From an uncultured cyanobacterium (GTDB lineage: Bacteria; Cyanobacteriota; Cyanobacteriia; Cyanobacteriales; Microcystaceae), in assembly GCA_963807635.1 (NCBI GenBank), contig CAWEDJ010000028.1:1-64000 (forward strand): a stretch of 64,000 bases of DNA, in the 5' to 3' direction. Below the pieces are notes generated by a model. That model made no database searches and was not told the DNA's origin. It was given only the letters and a program-made list of their open reading frames with translations. The translations under genes were made by a program, and so were the position numbers. Position 1 is the first letter of the stretch. The number at the start of each line of letters is the position of its first letter. Shown here one piece after another: positions 20,207-32,204 of the stretch.

Positions 20207-20437
20207 TCAAAAAACAGCCAGTTCTAAAATCCCCGCAAAGGTGGCGGCAACCAGACTAATTTTCAAAAAACGGCTACCTTCCGAGCAGAGCCAATCTCTT
20301 TGCTTTTGAATTTCGACATAGATGTGTAGCGCACCGACCATGAAGAAGAGGAAGGCGACTAGACTCATTTTTCGTTGTCCCGTCTCGATTGGAGACGCTG
20401 ACCAGGATTGTTGCTGTAGCATAATTGCTTTCTCCAA
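20207..20437 (-). CDS. Small hypothetical membrane protein
   Basis: 76 aa ORF with two hydrophobic segments; fills the gap upstream of ribC; no family recognised. Confidence 0.5.
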   Translation of the reverse strand: MEKAIMLQQQSWSASPIETGQRKMSLVAFLFFMVGALHIYVEIQKQRDWLCSEGSRFLKISLVAATFAGILELAVF

Positions 20438-20484
20438 TGGTTTTAAGGTTAATCATTAATCCTATGGTAAACGAGATCTTGTTA

Positions 20485-20502
20485 ATTGTAAAGTTTTGTA
20501 TC
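20485..20502 (-). promoter_or_regulatory. Putative HLR1 (RpaB-binding) motif
   Basis: Minus strand GATACAAA-AC-TTTACAAT versus consensus (G/T)TTACA(T/A)(T/A)-N2 direct repeat; one mismatch. Confidence 0.45.
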
Positions 20503-20602
20503 CGACTCTTGACAAAAGAAGCAGGAGTGAAGCCGAAACAAGATTTGGTTTTGGGGATTCAGATGCTATGCTATCCAACGGTTACCCAGATAATTTTATT
20601 AA

Positions 20603-21295
20603 ATGACACAGATACAATCTTTTGCGGAACTTGTCCCCCGATTTGAAGCAGAGCCGCCTCAAGTCATATTTTTCGACGCAATGGGAACACTTTTCGGTCT
20701 GCGGGGGAGTGTTGGCGATATTTATGGAAAAATTGCTCAATCCTTTGGTGTTCAAGTAAATTCAGCCCAATTAAATCAAGCTTTTTTTGACAGTTTTAAA
20801 AATGCTCCTCCTTTAGCCTTTGGGGAATCTGATCCGATTTTATTGGCTGATCTGGAATATCAATGGTGGTACGCGATCGCCTCCCAGGCATTTAGTCAGA
20901 TTGAGGCATTAGAAAAATTTGACGATTTTGATCAATTTTTTCAAACACTCTACGAACACTTTGCTAGTGAGGAACCCTGGTTTGTGTATGCTGATGTAAT
21001 ACCGCTCTTAAATGATTGGCAACAACAGGGCATTAAATTGGGAGTAATTTCTAATTTTGATAGTCGTCTTAATCAGGTTTTAACTCATTTAGAATTAATT
21101 AACTTTTTTAACCAAATTATTTATTCTTCGAGGTACAAAATTGCCAAACCCGACCCCAGAATTTTTCAATTTGCCCTAGATAAATTTAATTGTCTTCCTA
21201 GCCAGGCTTGGCATATTGGTGATAGTTTACGAGAGGACTACAATGGAGCAAACACAGCAGGAATAAAAGCTTTTTTGATTCAACGCTCAGATTAA
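20603..21295 (+). CDS. HAD-IA (REG-2-like) hydrolase
   Basis: FFDAMGTL, ISNFDSRL, KPDPRIF, HIGDS..EDY.GA. Confidence 0.9.
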   Translation: MTQIQSFAELVPRFEAEPPQVIFFDAMGTLFGLRGSVGDIYGKIAQSFGVQVNSAQLNQAFFDSFKNAPPLAFGESDPILLADLEYQWWYAIASQAFSQIEALEKFDDFDQFFQTLYEHFASEEPWFVYADVIPLLNDWQQQGIKLGVISNFDSRLNQVLTHLELINFFNQIIYSSRYKIAKPDPRIFQFALDKFNCLPSQAWHIGDSLREDYNGANTAGIKAFLIQRSD

Positions 21296-21365
21296 AAATT
21301 TAACCAGGATCATCACTCAAAAGACTCTTTGTTCAGCAAAAAACAATCATTTGTGTATTAATTAA

Positions 21366-21569
21366 TTATGTAGCTTGAGCCACTATAAGACTCTCTGGCT
21401 GTTTTGTCGGAAAAATTTTCTTCGCATCAGACCAAAATTCTGTATCCGTTTCTGGCGCATCCGAGAAATCAATCTCTTCATCACTGATTGCTCGAATTCG
21501 TTCTAATTCCTCCTCTGTGGGAGAGTATTTATCCGATAATTTATGAATTACAGTACTCATTAAAGGCAC
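21366..21569 (-). CDS. BrnA-like antitoxin, short form
   Basis: ISDEEIDFSDAPE..TEFW motif; overlaps brnT; no C-terminal RHH region. Confidence 0.7.
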   Translation of the reverse strand: MPLMSTVIHKLSDKYSPTEEELERIRAISDEEIDFSDAPETDTEFWSDAKKIFPTKQPESLIVAQAT

Positions 21570-21825
21570 TCCTTTCTTTTTTACTGGCTTTTCTCGCAGA
21601 AATAAGACGAATCCGTTTTCCTCTTTTAGTATAGGTTACGTGCAAAACTATATCACTAACAGATCCAATGACTTGCCAGCGAGTTTCTCCATAATCACGT
21701 CTATCATCAACCCTACAGAGGTGAGGACTACGAAAAATAAGACGGGCTAAATCGAAACTAATACTATGCTTTTCAATATTAATCCGATTTTTTTCTTCAT
21801 CCCACTCAAATTCAGTTTCTATCAT
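21541..21825 (-). CDS. BrnT-family toxin
   Basis: FEWDEEKNRINIEKHSISF, DYGETR, IRLISARKA. Confidence 0.92.
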   Translation of the reverse strand: MIETEFEWDEEKNRINIEKHSISFDLARLIFRSPHLCRVDDRRDYGETRWQVIGSVSDIVLHVTYTKRGKRIRLISARKASKKERSAFNEYCNS

Positions 21826-21881
21826 TAAATAGGGTATCCAGAAACTCTAGTATAATAACAAAAATCAATAGATAGATAACT

Positions 21882-22992
21882 ATGATAAAAGCCTCTAAAA
21901 CATTTGATCCCCTAATGAGTATTGCCGAGCAATTTTCCCATCAGGGCAACATCACCGATATTCAAGCCTTGGGAAATGGCAATATTAACGATACCTTTTT
22001 GGTGAGTTTGGACGACCTGGAGCAAACTCGGTTTGTTTTACAAAGGATTAATACCAACGTTTTTCGGCATCCCCAACGGGTCATGAAAAATATGTATATT
22101 TTGACCGAACACGTCCATAAAAAACTGCAAAATACCCCCCAAACTCGTCCCTGGAAATTCCTAGAGTTATTTTAACTAAAACAGGCCAGATCACTGGAAT
22201 ACGGTAGAAGGTGATTATTGGCGAGCCATTAGTTTTATTGAAGGTTCGGAATCCTTTGATCTGATTGCCGATGTTTCCCATGCCCAAGAGGTCGGTTATG
22301 CCCTGGGAATGTTCCATAACCTTATCAGCGATCTGCCCAGCGAACAGTTAACCGATACCCTCGAAGGTTTTCATATTACGCCCCTTTATTTAGAGCAATA
22401 CGAAAAGATTTTAGCCCAAAATACGGTTAAATCTTCCCCTGAAGTGGAGTATGGTTTAAACTTTGTCCGCGATCGCGCTGAATGGTGTTCTGTCCTAGAA
22501 AATGCCAAACAGGAAGGTACATTGCCCCTGCGTTTGATGCACGGTGATCCCAAGGTCAATAACGTCATGTTTGATAATCAAACGGGAAAAGCCATTAGTG
22601 TCATTGATTTGGATACGGTGAAACCTGGGCTTGTTCACTATGATATTGGCGATTGTCTGCGATCGGGCTGTAATCCGATGGGAGAAGAAACCCAGGATTG
22701 GCAGAATATTTATTTTGATTTAGAGCTTTGTCGGGGAATCTTAACGGGTTATTTAGAAGTTGCCAGAACATTTTTAATTGACAATGATTATGCTTTTCTT
22801 TTCGATGCTATTCGTTTAATTAGTTTTGAATTAGGATTACGTTTTTTTACTGATTATTTGGCGGGTAATATTTATTTTAAGGTCAAATATCCTGATCACA
22901 ATTTAGCAAGAGCCTTAGTCCAATTCAAATTAACCGAAAGTATTGAAAAGCAAGAATCCCAAATTCGTCAATTAATCACTGATTTAAGATGA
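21882..22992 (+). CDS. Aminoglycoside phosphotransferase-family kinase; two apparent 1-nt deletions near 22152 and 22188
   Basis: LGNGNINDTF, FVLQRINT; HGDPKVNN, IDLDTV; two added bases restore one frame. Confidence 0.85.
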
Positions 22993-23543
22993 CTCACTTT
23001 TCCCTAATTCCTTTTCCTGATAATCGTCCCCATCCTGAGATAGAAATTACTGGACAGATTGAACGTCTAGAACAACAAGTCAACATTACCTTTGAATTAA
23101 TAGGCGAAATTCAACAAGTCGCGGTTACGCCTCCTGATGGGAATCCTTCTCGACGCAATGAACTGTGGCAAACCACCTGTTTTGAATTTTTTCTAGGGTT
23201 AAAAAATAGTCCACAATATTGGGAATTTAATCTTTCTCCTGGGGGCCATTGGAATATTTATTGCTTTGATGATTATCGACAGGGCATGGCTGAAGAATTA
23301 GCCTTTGAATCTTTACCATTTTTAGTGAAAGTTAAACCCAATAGTTTAACCCTATCTTTAAGTTTGGATTTAGAGCCAATTATTCCTTCGACGCAATCTT
23401 TAGAAGTCGGTATTACCGCAGTGATTGAGCGTAAAATTAATAACCTAATTTCTAAACAAGATGCAATCACCTACTGGGCGTTAACTCATGTAGCAAAAGA
23501 GGCAGATTTTCACCAAAGAAAGAGTTTTATTCTCAATTTATAG
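22989..23543 (+). CDS. DOMON-like domain protein
   Basis: ELWQTTCFEFF, YWEFNLSP.G.W, YWALTH...DFH; overlaps the upstream kinase. Confidence 0.8.
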   Translation: MTHFSLIPFPDNRPHPEIEITGQIERLEQQVNITFELIGEIQQVAVTPPDGNPSRRNELWQTTCFEFFLGLKNSPQYWEFNLSPGGHWNIYCFDDYRQGMAEELAFESLPFLVKVKPNSLTLSLSLDLEPIIPSTQSLEVGITAVIERKINNLISKQDAITYWALTHVAKEADFHQRKSFILNL

Positions 23544-23588
23544 TAACAATTCGGCGCGATCGCATTGATTATTCTTGTCACTGTAAAC

Positions 23589-24878
23589 TTACTGAGATTC
23601 TAAACGTTTTTGCCATTCTTGATCAATTTTGTCAGAACGATTAGCTTCCTGTTCTAACAAATCCTGATCGGTGGAATAGGTAATATCTACCGCCGTGATG
23701 ACGGTTTGATTGGCAAATTGTTGGGCAAATTGTAATTTTTGGCGCAGGGTTGCAGTGGGTTTAAGAACTTTTTCTGACATCTTTTGACGTTGTTGATTAC
23801 GAGATTCAATCCGTTTATTTTTATTTTGAATCCAAAAATAACGAATGAGAGGAATAGTTAAAAAAGCAATTCCATAGGTTAATAGTGCGGGATAAATTCC
23901 CTGAACAAAGGTAATTAAAACCATATCAACCACATATTTTTGCAGAAGATTTCCTAATACCAACGCCAAAATAATGTAGAGTCCTCCTAACCCAATAGAC
24001 AACATAATTTGACTACTTTCGGCTTGACTAAATTTCCAGAGTTTTTCTTGTAAATAGTTGGTGATGTCATCCGATCGCCGTCGTTTGGCCATGACTTGTA
24101 GTTCGGGAAAGGAATAAATGAGATTACCTTCAGGGGAAACCTGAGGATAACCATTAAAACGAGCTAGAACGGGTAGAATATAATCTTCTGTTTCCTGATT
24201 AAGAGTTGTCACATTATCTAAATAGGGTGCGATTTGTTCGGCGGTTACAGCTCCCTGATTATTACGAATAACGGCTCCAATGTCTTGCCAACGTTTCTCT
24301 TCTAAATTGTAGTTAGGATTGCCGTCTCCAAACAGAAAGGAAAAGACAGATTCGAGAAAATTCATCTCACTTTTTGCTTTTTGGGGTCTGTTGTAATCTC
24401 CTTCATAACGGTTATAATTGCCGCCTGGACTAAAAAACCAGAAAATATCCGTCGGAAAAAAGAAAAAACCACCGCCACGATCATCACGAGAATCATTGCT
24501 ATCTTTTCCTGAATTGACTGCAATCAAAATTGCCGCGATCGCGACCATCATCAAAATAATAGAAGCGACTAAAACAATGCCAAAGGAAATGCGAATAATA
24601 TAAAAAAGTACCTTCCAAATCTTTTCCCAGGTTTCCTGGAGCCGTAATCGCCAATATTTATTACGCAGAACCGTGCGATAGTTTTTCGGAAACTGAAAAA
24701 CTATTTCCCCTGAATCTGCCACTTGCAAATGCCCTCCCACCTCTGAGGCGAGGGTCATTAATCCCTGTTGGGCAAAATTAATTTCTAAACCCGCTTTAGC
24801 GGCTACATCTCCAACTGTTACAGCATAATCTAGCTGTTCAATCGATTTCATGATAGCGGGATTGGGAGTTACCGTCAT
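23589..24878 (-). CDS. Conserved cyanobacterial/plastid membrane protein of unknown function
   Basis: 429 aa; TVGDVAA.AGL, FLESVFSFLFGDGNPN, several TM segments. Confidence 0.8.
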   Translation of the reverse strand: MTVTPNPAIMKSIEQLDYAVTVGDVAAKAGLEINFAQQGLMTLASEVGGHLQVADSGEIVFQFPKNYRTVLRNKYWRLRLQETWEKIWKVLFYIIRISFGIVLVASIILMMVAIAAILIAVNSGKDSNDSRDDRGGGFFFFPTDIFWFFSPGGNYNRYEGDYNRPQKAKSEMNFLESVFSFLFGDGNPNYNLEEKRWQDIGAVIRNNQGAVTAEQIAPYLDNVTTLNQETEDYILPVLARFNGYPQVSPEGNLIYSFPELQVMAKRRRSDDITNYLQEKLWKFSQAESSQIMLSIGLGGLYIILALVLGNLLQKYVVDMVLITFVQGIYPALLTYGIAFLTIPLIRYFWIQNKNKRIESRNQQRQKMSEKVLKPTATLRQKLQFAQQFANQTVITAVDITYSTDQDLLEQEANRSDKIDQEWQKRLESQ

Positions 24879-24979
24879 AGCGCATCCTCGGTGATGTCCA
24901 TTCTGTCTTTCTATCTCTTAGTATAGGGGTTGGGACATTGAAGTGAGTTCCCTTGTTATTTATTCAGCTACTAGAGACC

Positions 24980-25492
24980 ATGAAATCTTGGATTTTCCTA
25001 TTTTCCGTCATCGGCTCCCTGGGCGCGATCGCCCCTGTCCACGCCGCAGAAACAGTTATTTTAAAATATAACGTTTTACAAGAATCTATTTCTGTCGCGC
25101 AATTGAGTACATTGAGCCAAACGGGGGAAGCTTCTCCTGAATTGCATACCTACTTGGATTTGGTCAATAAAAAACCTGAAGAGTTGCGACAGATTCTTAA
25201 TCAATCCATTACCGTTACACCAACGGTTTTATCTAATCTCCTCGATAGCTTTGCAGGAAAATATCTTTTAAATAAATTGACTGAAGTGATCAGTTCACCT
25301 TCATCACAAAACAGTAAGGAATCCCTACGGAACGCCCTCATCGCCTCAGTCAACACCAATGATGATATTCGGTTGATCGAAGTTTTGGAAAATTATCCCG
25401 ATCCCGAACTCCAGATCGAAGGCGATCGCCTGATGGAACTCTACCAACAAGTCAAAGCGATCGCGGGAAATCTTTCAAACCTTCCTTTTTAA
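24980..25492 (+). CDS. DUF1400-domain protein with signal peptide
   Basis: AAETVILKY, LRNALIAS, LIEVLENYP. Confidence 0.8.
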   Translation: MKSWIFLFSVIGSLGAIAPVHAAETVILKYNVLQESISVAQLSTLSQTGEASPELHTYLDLVNKKPEELRQILNQSITVTPTVLSNLLDSFAGKYLLNKLTEVISSPSSQNSKESLRNALIASVNTNDDIRLIEVLENYPDPELQIEGDRLMELYQQVKAIAGNLSNLPF

Positions 25493-25744
25493 TTAAATTA
25501 ATCCCGATTAAAGCCAATTTTGTTGAAAAATTTAGTTTCTCAAAGATGCTTAAACAAGCCCCGTTGTCCTGGAGATCGGTTGAAAACTGAGATTTTAAGA
25601 TTTACTTTAGATTTAAAAAATGTAATTTCTGAAGCCCGATTAGATAAGATGCGTTAATGATACAAATCTTTATTAAACCCCCTAAATACTATAAACTAAC
25701 CAGAAGCGGTTTTATTTTTCACGGATAAGGAGCATATCAGCGAG

Positions 25745-26662
25745 ATGCAGGCGACCCAAACGCTGCCAACTGTCCCCAAGGAGTTTTTAAAAGCTCAGGG
25801 GGGAATTAATCCAAATGTCATCATGTTTTTTACGGCGTTATCGCTGATCACTTGCTCGATCTTCGCCTATTGGCAATGGGGTTGGCCCGATTGGATTTGC
25901 TTTAGTGCGGATGTGCTGGCTTTACATATTTCGGGAACAGTGATTCATGATGCGTCCCATAATGCGGCCCACCGTAATCGGGTGATGAATGCCATTATGG
26001 GTCATGGCAGTGCTTTGATGTTGGGTTTTGCCTTTCCCGTCTTTACTAGGGTTCATCTGCAACACCATGCCCACGTTAACGATCCTGAAAACGATCCCGA
26101 TCATTTTGTTTCAACCGGTGGCCCGTTACTGTTGATTGCGGCCCGTTTTTTCTATCATGAGATTTTCTTTTTTAAACGAAAGCTGTGGCGCAAAAATGAA
26201 TTGTTAGAGTGGTTTTTGAGTCGTTTATTTCTCTTCACGATTGTTTTTCTAGGAATTCACTACGGTTTCATCGGTTATGTGATGAATTTTTGGTTTGTTC
26301 CCGCCCTCGTCGTGGGTGTCACCCTCGGATTATTTTTTGATTATTTACCCCATCGCCCCTTCCAAGAACGCGATCGCTGGAAAAACGCCAGAGTTTATCC
26401 CAGCCCTATCTTAAATTTGATGATTTTTGGTCAGAATTATCACCTCATTCACCATTTATGGCCCTCTATTCCCTGGTATCAATATCAACCCGCCTATATC
26501 ACCACCAAACCCCTTCTAGATCATAAAGGCTGTGACCAATCCCTGGGATTATTAGAAGGGAAAAATTTCTGGAATTTTCTCTATGACGTTTTTTGGGGAA
26601 TTCGTTCCCATGAAACCAATGAAAAAGAAACTGTTAAGTCAGTTAAGTCAGACAAAGACTGA
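25745..26662 (+). CDS. crtR: Beta-carotene hydroxylase
   Basis: His boxes HDASH, HLQHH, HLIHH; DPENDPDH; FFDYLPHRPF. Confidence 0.95.
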   Translation: MQATQTLPTVPKEFLKAQGGINPNVIMFFTALSLITCSIFAYWQWGWPDWICFSADVLALHISGTVIHDASHNAAHRNRVMNAIMGHGSALMLGFAFPVFTRVHLQHHAHVNDPENDPDHFVSTGGPLLLIAARFFYHEIFFFKRKLWRKNELLEWFLSRLFLFTIVFLGIHYGFIGYVMNFWFVPALVVGVTLGLFFDYLPHRPFQERDRWKNARVYPSPILNLMIFGQNYHLIHHLWPSIPWYQYQPAYITTKPLLDHKGCDQSLGLLEGKNFWNFLYDVFWGIRSHETNEKETVKSVKSDKD

Positions 26663-26704
26663 GTTGATTATTTAAAAATAACCCGTCGCAATCAGCCCTT
26701 TCGA

Positions 26705-27172
26705 CTAAAGCCGACACCGCCCCGTTTCCCCTGATTTTAACCGTTCTTCCCGTTCCGCCAAAATTGTCTTCAGATCAGGTCGTCCCGTTAAAGCCAATCG
26801 CCAATCAGCCCAAATACCATAAATGGCATCGACAACGGGGCCAATGATTGGCCATTTAGTCGCCCCATAGATCCAACCGATCCCCAAAATTTCATAGACG
26901 CGACGAAAGACTTCCACATTTTGAATGACAGAACCATCGGCTAACACCGCATGAATTCGTCCCATTGCAGTGGCAAAATCTACGCCACCGTTTTCTGCCG
27001 GATCATAATCATCTTCGGCAATATCCACAAAACTGACTAATCCTCGGCCGCGATCGCGCTTTTGCAAAAAATTCACTTCTCGCACACAGAGAGGACACTC
27101 CCCATCATAGAGAAGTTTTATTTGCCATTGGGTTGATGAGGATGATGATTCGAGAGTTTGATTAGTCTGCAT
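26705..27172 (-). CDS. DCC1-like thiol-disulfide oxidoreductase (DUF393)
   Basis: LLYDGECPLCVREV. Confidence 0.9.
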   Translation of the reverse strand: MQTNQTLESSSSSTQWQIKLLYDGECPLCVREVNFLQKRDRGRGLVSFVDIAEDDYDPAENGGVDFATAMGRIHAVLADGSVIQNVEVFRRVYEILGIGWIYGATKWPIIGPVVDAIYGIWADWRLALTGRPDLKTILAEREERLKSGETGRCRL

Positions 27173-27255
27173 AACGAATTTGATAAGGGGGATTTTATCT
27201 TCCATTATGCAGGCTTATTTCCTTGAAAGTTACGGTCATCTCCAAGAATTGAGTA

Positions 27256-27280
27256 AGGGCAATTCATGAATTGCCCCTAC
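27256..27280 (-). repeat. GTAG-type REP-like palindrome
   Basis: Minus strand GTAGGGGCAATTCATGAATTGCCCT. Confidence 0.75.
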
Positions 27281-27334
27281 CAGGATTTTCAATTTATTAT
27301 GAAATGCTGGCATTTTGCGCAAGAAAATCTCTCT

Positions 27335-28813
<1,479 letters not shown>

Positions 28814-29686
28814 TTAAACCATCATCAATTCCAACTCTTTTTCCGCAGAGGGGACAGGAGGTTGTTCAGGATTGAGATAGAAATCAGACAATAAGCTAAA
28901 CAATTCCCGATCAGGAGAATCTTTAGGAATCACACCTTCGGGTTGGGATAAAATTTGATCGGCAATATTCAAATAATAATCACAGACATAATTCAAAGAA
29001 GGATCGGTTTCAGCCATTTCAAAGAGGGTTTTACCCTTGACGCGAGAAACCCGAATATCTTCAATTAAGGGCAAAATTTCTAACACAGGCATGGGAACGG
29101 CTTCGATATATTTATCAATCAAATCCCGTTTCGAGGTTCGATTTCCAATCAAACCCGCTAACCGCAATGTATGTGTCCGAGCTTTTTCCCGAACGGAAGC
29201 GGCAATGCGATTGGCGGCAAATAGGGCATCAAAACCATTGTCTGTGACGATTAAACAATAGTCCGAATAGTTCAAAGGAGCCGCAAAACCACCGCAAACT
29301 ACGTCACCGAGGACATCAAACAAAATCACGTCATACTCATCAAAGGCATTTAATTCCTTGAGTAGTTTGACCGTTTCGCCGACGACATAGCCGCCACAAC
29401 CCGCACCCGCAGGAGGGCCACCCGCTTCTACGCAATCAACTCCTGCATAACCTTTGTAGATGACATCTTCGGGCCAAATATCTTCGTAGTGGAAATCTTT
29501 TTCTTGTAATGTGTCGATGATGGTGGGAATGAGAAAACCTGTCAGCGTAAAGGTGCTGTCGTGTTTGGGGTCACAGCCGATTTGTAAGACTTTTTTACCC
29601 CGTTTTGCCAAAGCTGTGGAGATATTGCAACTGGTTGTGGATTTGCCGATGCCGCCTTTTCCGTAAACTGAGAGTGTTAAAGTCAA
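28814..29686 (-). CDS. chlL: Dark-operative protochlorophyllide reductase Fe-S ATP-binding subunit L
   Basis: [31 protein letters not shown]; probable TTG start at 29686 behind AGGAG. Confidence 0.97.
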   Translation of the reverse strand: MTLTLSVYGKGGIGKSTTSCNISTALAKRGKKVLQIGCDPKHDSTFTLTGFLIPTIIDTLQEKDFHYEDIWPEDVIYKGYAGVDCVEAGGPPAGAGCGGYVVGETVKLLKELNAFDEYDVILFDVLGDVVCGGFAAPLNYSDYCLIVTDNGFDALFAANRIAASVREKARTHTLRLAGLIGNRTSKRDLIDKYIEAVPMPVLEILPLIEDIRVSRVKGKTLFEMAETDPSLNYVCDYYLNIADQILSQPEGVIPKDSPDRELFSLLSDFYLNPEQPPVPSAEKELELMMV

Positions 29687-30155
29687 AGTCTTTTCTCCTA
29701 GTGATGTGTTGGTTTTGTTTTTAATGTCATTAGTTGCATTATTGACCAAGTTTTCGAGAAAGGAAAGGTCTGGATAATCTCAAAAATAGCTTAAATAAAA
29801 GTAAATAAGATTATATAAACTTTTTTAATATTAAATATCTGTTTAAAACTCATAAAAGCCTTATAAATAGATTTTAAGACAATTTATAATTTTATTTATA
29901 GTAAAGCGGAACAATAAGCAAACAATCATGGGCGATCGCATCAAATCCCATGAGTATTTTTTCTCAAGACCACGCTATAGCAAGGAAAATCGGCGATTAA
30001 TCTGACTGGGATCAATTCTTTGGATAGACTTCAATCTATGAAAAAATTTCAGAAAAACCTACCCAAAGGACTTTTGGGCTTGGGAAAAGGCAAGTCAAGA
30101 TGATTTTGTTAAGCTTTATAAATTTTTTGAAAAATCCAAGTTTTATTACATTCTC

Positions 30156-30857
30156 TTAACGTAAACGCTTCCGAACTTGGGCATTGGGAGGGCGAGAAGG
30201 GCGATCGCGGTTAGGATTACCCCCTAATTCACTACTGATAACCTTGAAATAATCCCGTCGTAAAAAAGGATAATCCCCCACCCACAAATCAAACTGGGGT
30301 AAATAAATATCGGTGATCTTGTCAATACGTTCTAATTCAGGTTGTTTTGATAAAACTAACATTTCTGCGACCTGTCCCCTCGCGATCGGTTTATAGCTCC
30401 GTTTGATAGGAGCCTGGATAGTCGCCCGAAATCCTTCGCGATCGCCGACTTCCACATTAATGCGCCGTTCTCGATTTTCAATAATTTCTAATTCCCCAAA
30501 TTTATTAGCCCGTTGCTCTTCATTAATTAATTCTTCGGTGATAAATACATCTAAAACTTTTCCGCGCCAAAATCCTGCGTAGGGATAGCGACGATAGGTA
30601 TTATTGCGAACACTGGCGACATAAACAGGCGACCAAAACCAATAGAGTCCCCCGATAAAATACAACAATAATTTCAAGGATTCCCCAGTTTTTCCCATTA
30701 ACAAACCGATAATCCAAAGAGTAACGACAATGACCAAAGAAATTAGTAATCGCCGCAAAAAGTCACGCCATTTTCCCCAAACGTAGGAATATTGTGGGCC
30801 TGTAGCAATCACAGGAATCATTTGTTCAAAGGTTTCGCGAGTGAGGGGAATAAGCAT
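30156..30857 (-). CDS. Conserved cyanobacterial membrane protein, unknown function
   Basis: MLIPLTRETFEQ.IP.IATGPQY start; two TM segments; HIP1-rich like core genes. Confidence 0.75.
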   Translation of the reverse strand: MLIPLTRETFEQMIPVIATGPQYSYVWGKWRDFLRRLLISLVIVVTLWIIGLLMGKTGESLKLLLYFIGGLYWFWSPVYVASVRNNTYRRYPYAGFWRGKVLDVFITEELINEEQRANKFGELEIIENRERRINVEVGDREGFRATIQAPIKRSYKPIARGQVAEMLVLSKQPELERIDKITDIYLPQFDLWVGDYPFLRRDYFKVISSELGGNPNRDRPSRPPNAQVRKRLR

Positions 30858-30887
30858 AGGTAATTTGAAAATTTTGAATTTTGAAAA

Positions 30888-31678
30888 TTAGGATAAATTA
30901 TTAGGATCAATGCCTAATTCTCGTAAACGGTCTGCTAATTTTTGAGAGCGTTCTTTTCCTGTTGTAAGTTTTCGTTTTCCTGTTGTAATTGAAGTTCCGC
31001 TTTGTCGGCTCTCAGTTGTTCTTGAGCTGCGCGTTCATTACCTGTTGGTAACAAATTCCCCTCACGATCCCACCATCGCAACCAAGGTAAATCCAGATTT
31101 TGGTAGTGTCCTTGCCAGATTCCTAACTCAACTCCTAGCGGTTCAATAGGATAATGTCCCCGTTCATTAGGAGTCGCTAATTGATAGCGATTTTCAATGA
31201 GATGATAAACTTCGACCCGCGCTAATTTAACTTCATAAATAGCATAAAAAGCGGGACGAATGACGGTTTCATAGACCCAAAATTTACCTTGCCAAGGGGT
31301 TTTATCTCGTTCTTCTGAACCATTACCTGAAACAAATTCAATGGCAATTAAAGGAGGAATAGATTCTCGCCATAAAACATAGGAACGTCGAATTTCTCCT
31401 GCTAAAATTGGGGGGACATTACTAACATAAAACCAGTCTGGGGCTTCGGCTCCTGTTTCGGGAGGATCGACCATTCTCCAATAAATTCCTGAATCTTGAC
31501 CAATGCAGTATTGTCCATCGGGATGAATGTTTTGTAGGACAGGGGTAATAGAATCCGTTAATAGAATCCCCTGGGGATGTTCTTGAAAGTTTGCCCCAAT
31601 AGTTCCATCCGATTCAGGTAATTGGGTGTGATCGGGAAATTCGATATAGGGTTTTTCTACTAGATTTTGAGTGTTCAT
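30888..31678 (-). CDS. Uma2 (DUF820) family endonuclease; frameshift near 30955
   Basis: PDHTQLPESDG, APDWFYV, IEFVSG; the shifted frame ends LADRLRELGIDP. Confidence 0.88.
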
Positions 31679-31714
31679 AATTGACTCAACTTATTATCTA
31701 AAATTATCTAAAAA

Positions 31715-32143
31715 TCATTCAGGAAACCAATCATTATCTAAGGTTTTTTCGAGGGGAATATAAGCATCTTTTTCTAACGGAAACAATTGGGAGACAGATT
31801 TAATCGCAACGGGAAAAATTTCAGCGTAAATAAATTCTAATTCTGGGCGTAGGCTAGGTGATTCTTTTAATCTTTTATGGATTTGATAACGAAAATTAAC
31901 GATTTCTGATTTCCAACGATTGCCATTTCTTTCTTTTTCAGATTCCCAATAGGAGAGTTTGAGAAGATGTTCCACTAAACGGGTTAAAAAGCTTTCCAAT
32001 GCTCGTTTTTGGCTTTTTCCCATATCTTCAATTTCTTCAATTAAATTGTCCCAATCCACTCCGTCAAATTGCCGTTCTCGTAATTGTTGCACGGTTTCAT
32101 TGACCCATTGATTGTAATCCGTTTCATATAATACTCTTGTCAT
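31715..32143 (-). CDS. DUF29-family protein
   Basis: LYETDYNQW, DWDNLIEEIEDMG, HLLKL, SPSL. Confidence 0.92.
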   Translation of the reverse strand: MTRVLYETDYNQWVNETVQQLRERQFDGVDWDNLIEEIEDMGKSQKRALESFLTRLVEHLLKLSYWESEKERNGNRWKSEIVNFRYQIHKRLKESPSLRPELEFIYAEIFPVAIKSVSQLFPLEKDAYIPLEKTLDNDWFPE

Positions 32144-32204
32144 ATTAACTCCAAATTGAAAAAAGGTGATCGCGCCTCAACTGAGGGATTTTTTAATAAT
32201 GTTA

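Noticed and set aside
20134..20460. FMN riboswitch upstream of riboflavin synthase
   Set aside because: No RFN consensus elements seen.
20274..20646. ORFs 20274-20456 (-) and 20425-20646 (+)
   Set aside because: They overlap the more plausible TM ORF, a probable promoter region and the HAD gene; no recognisable motifs.
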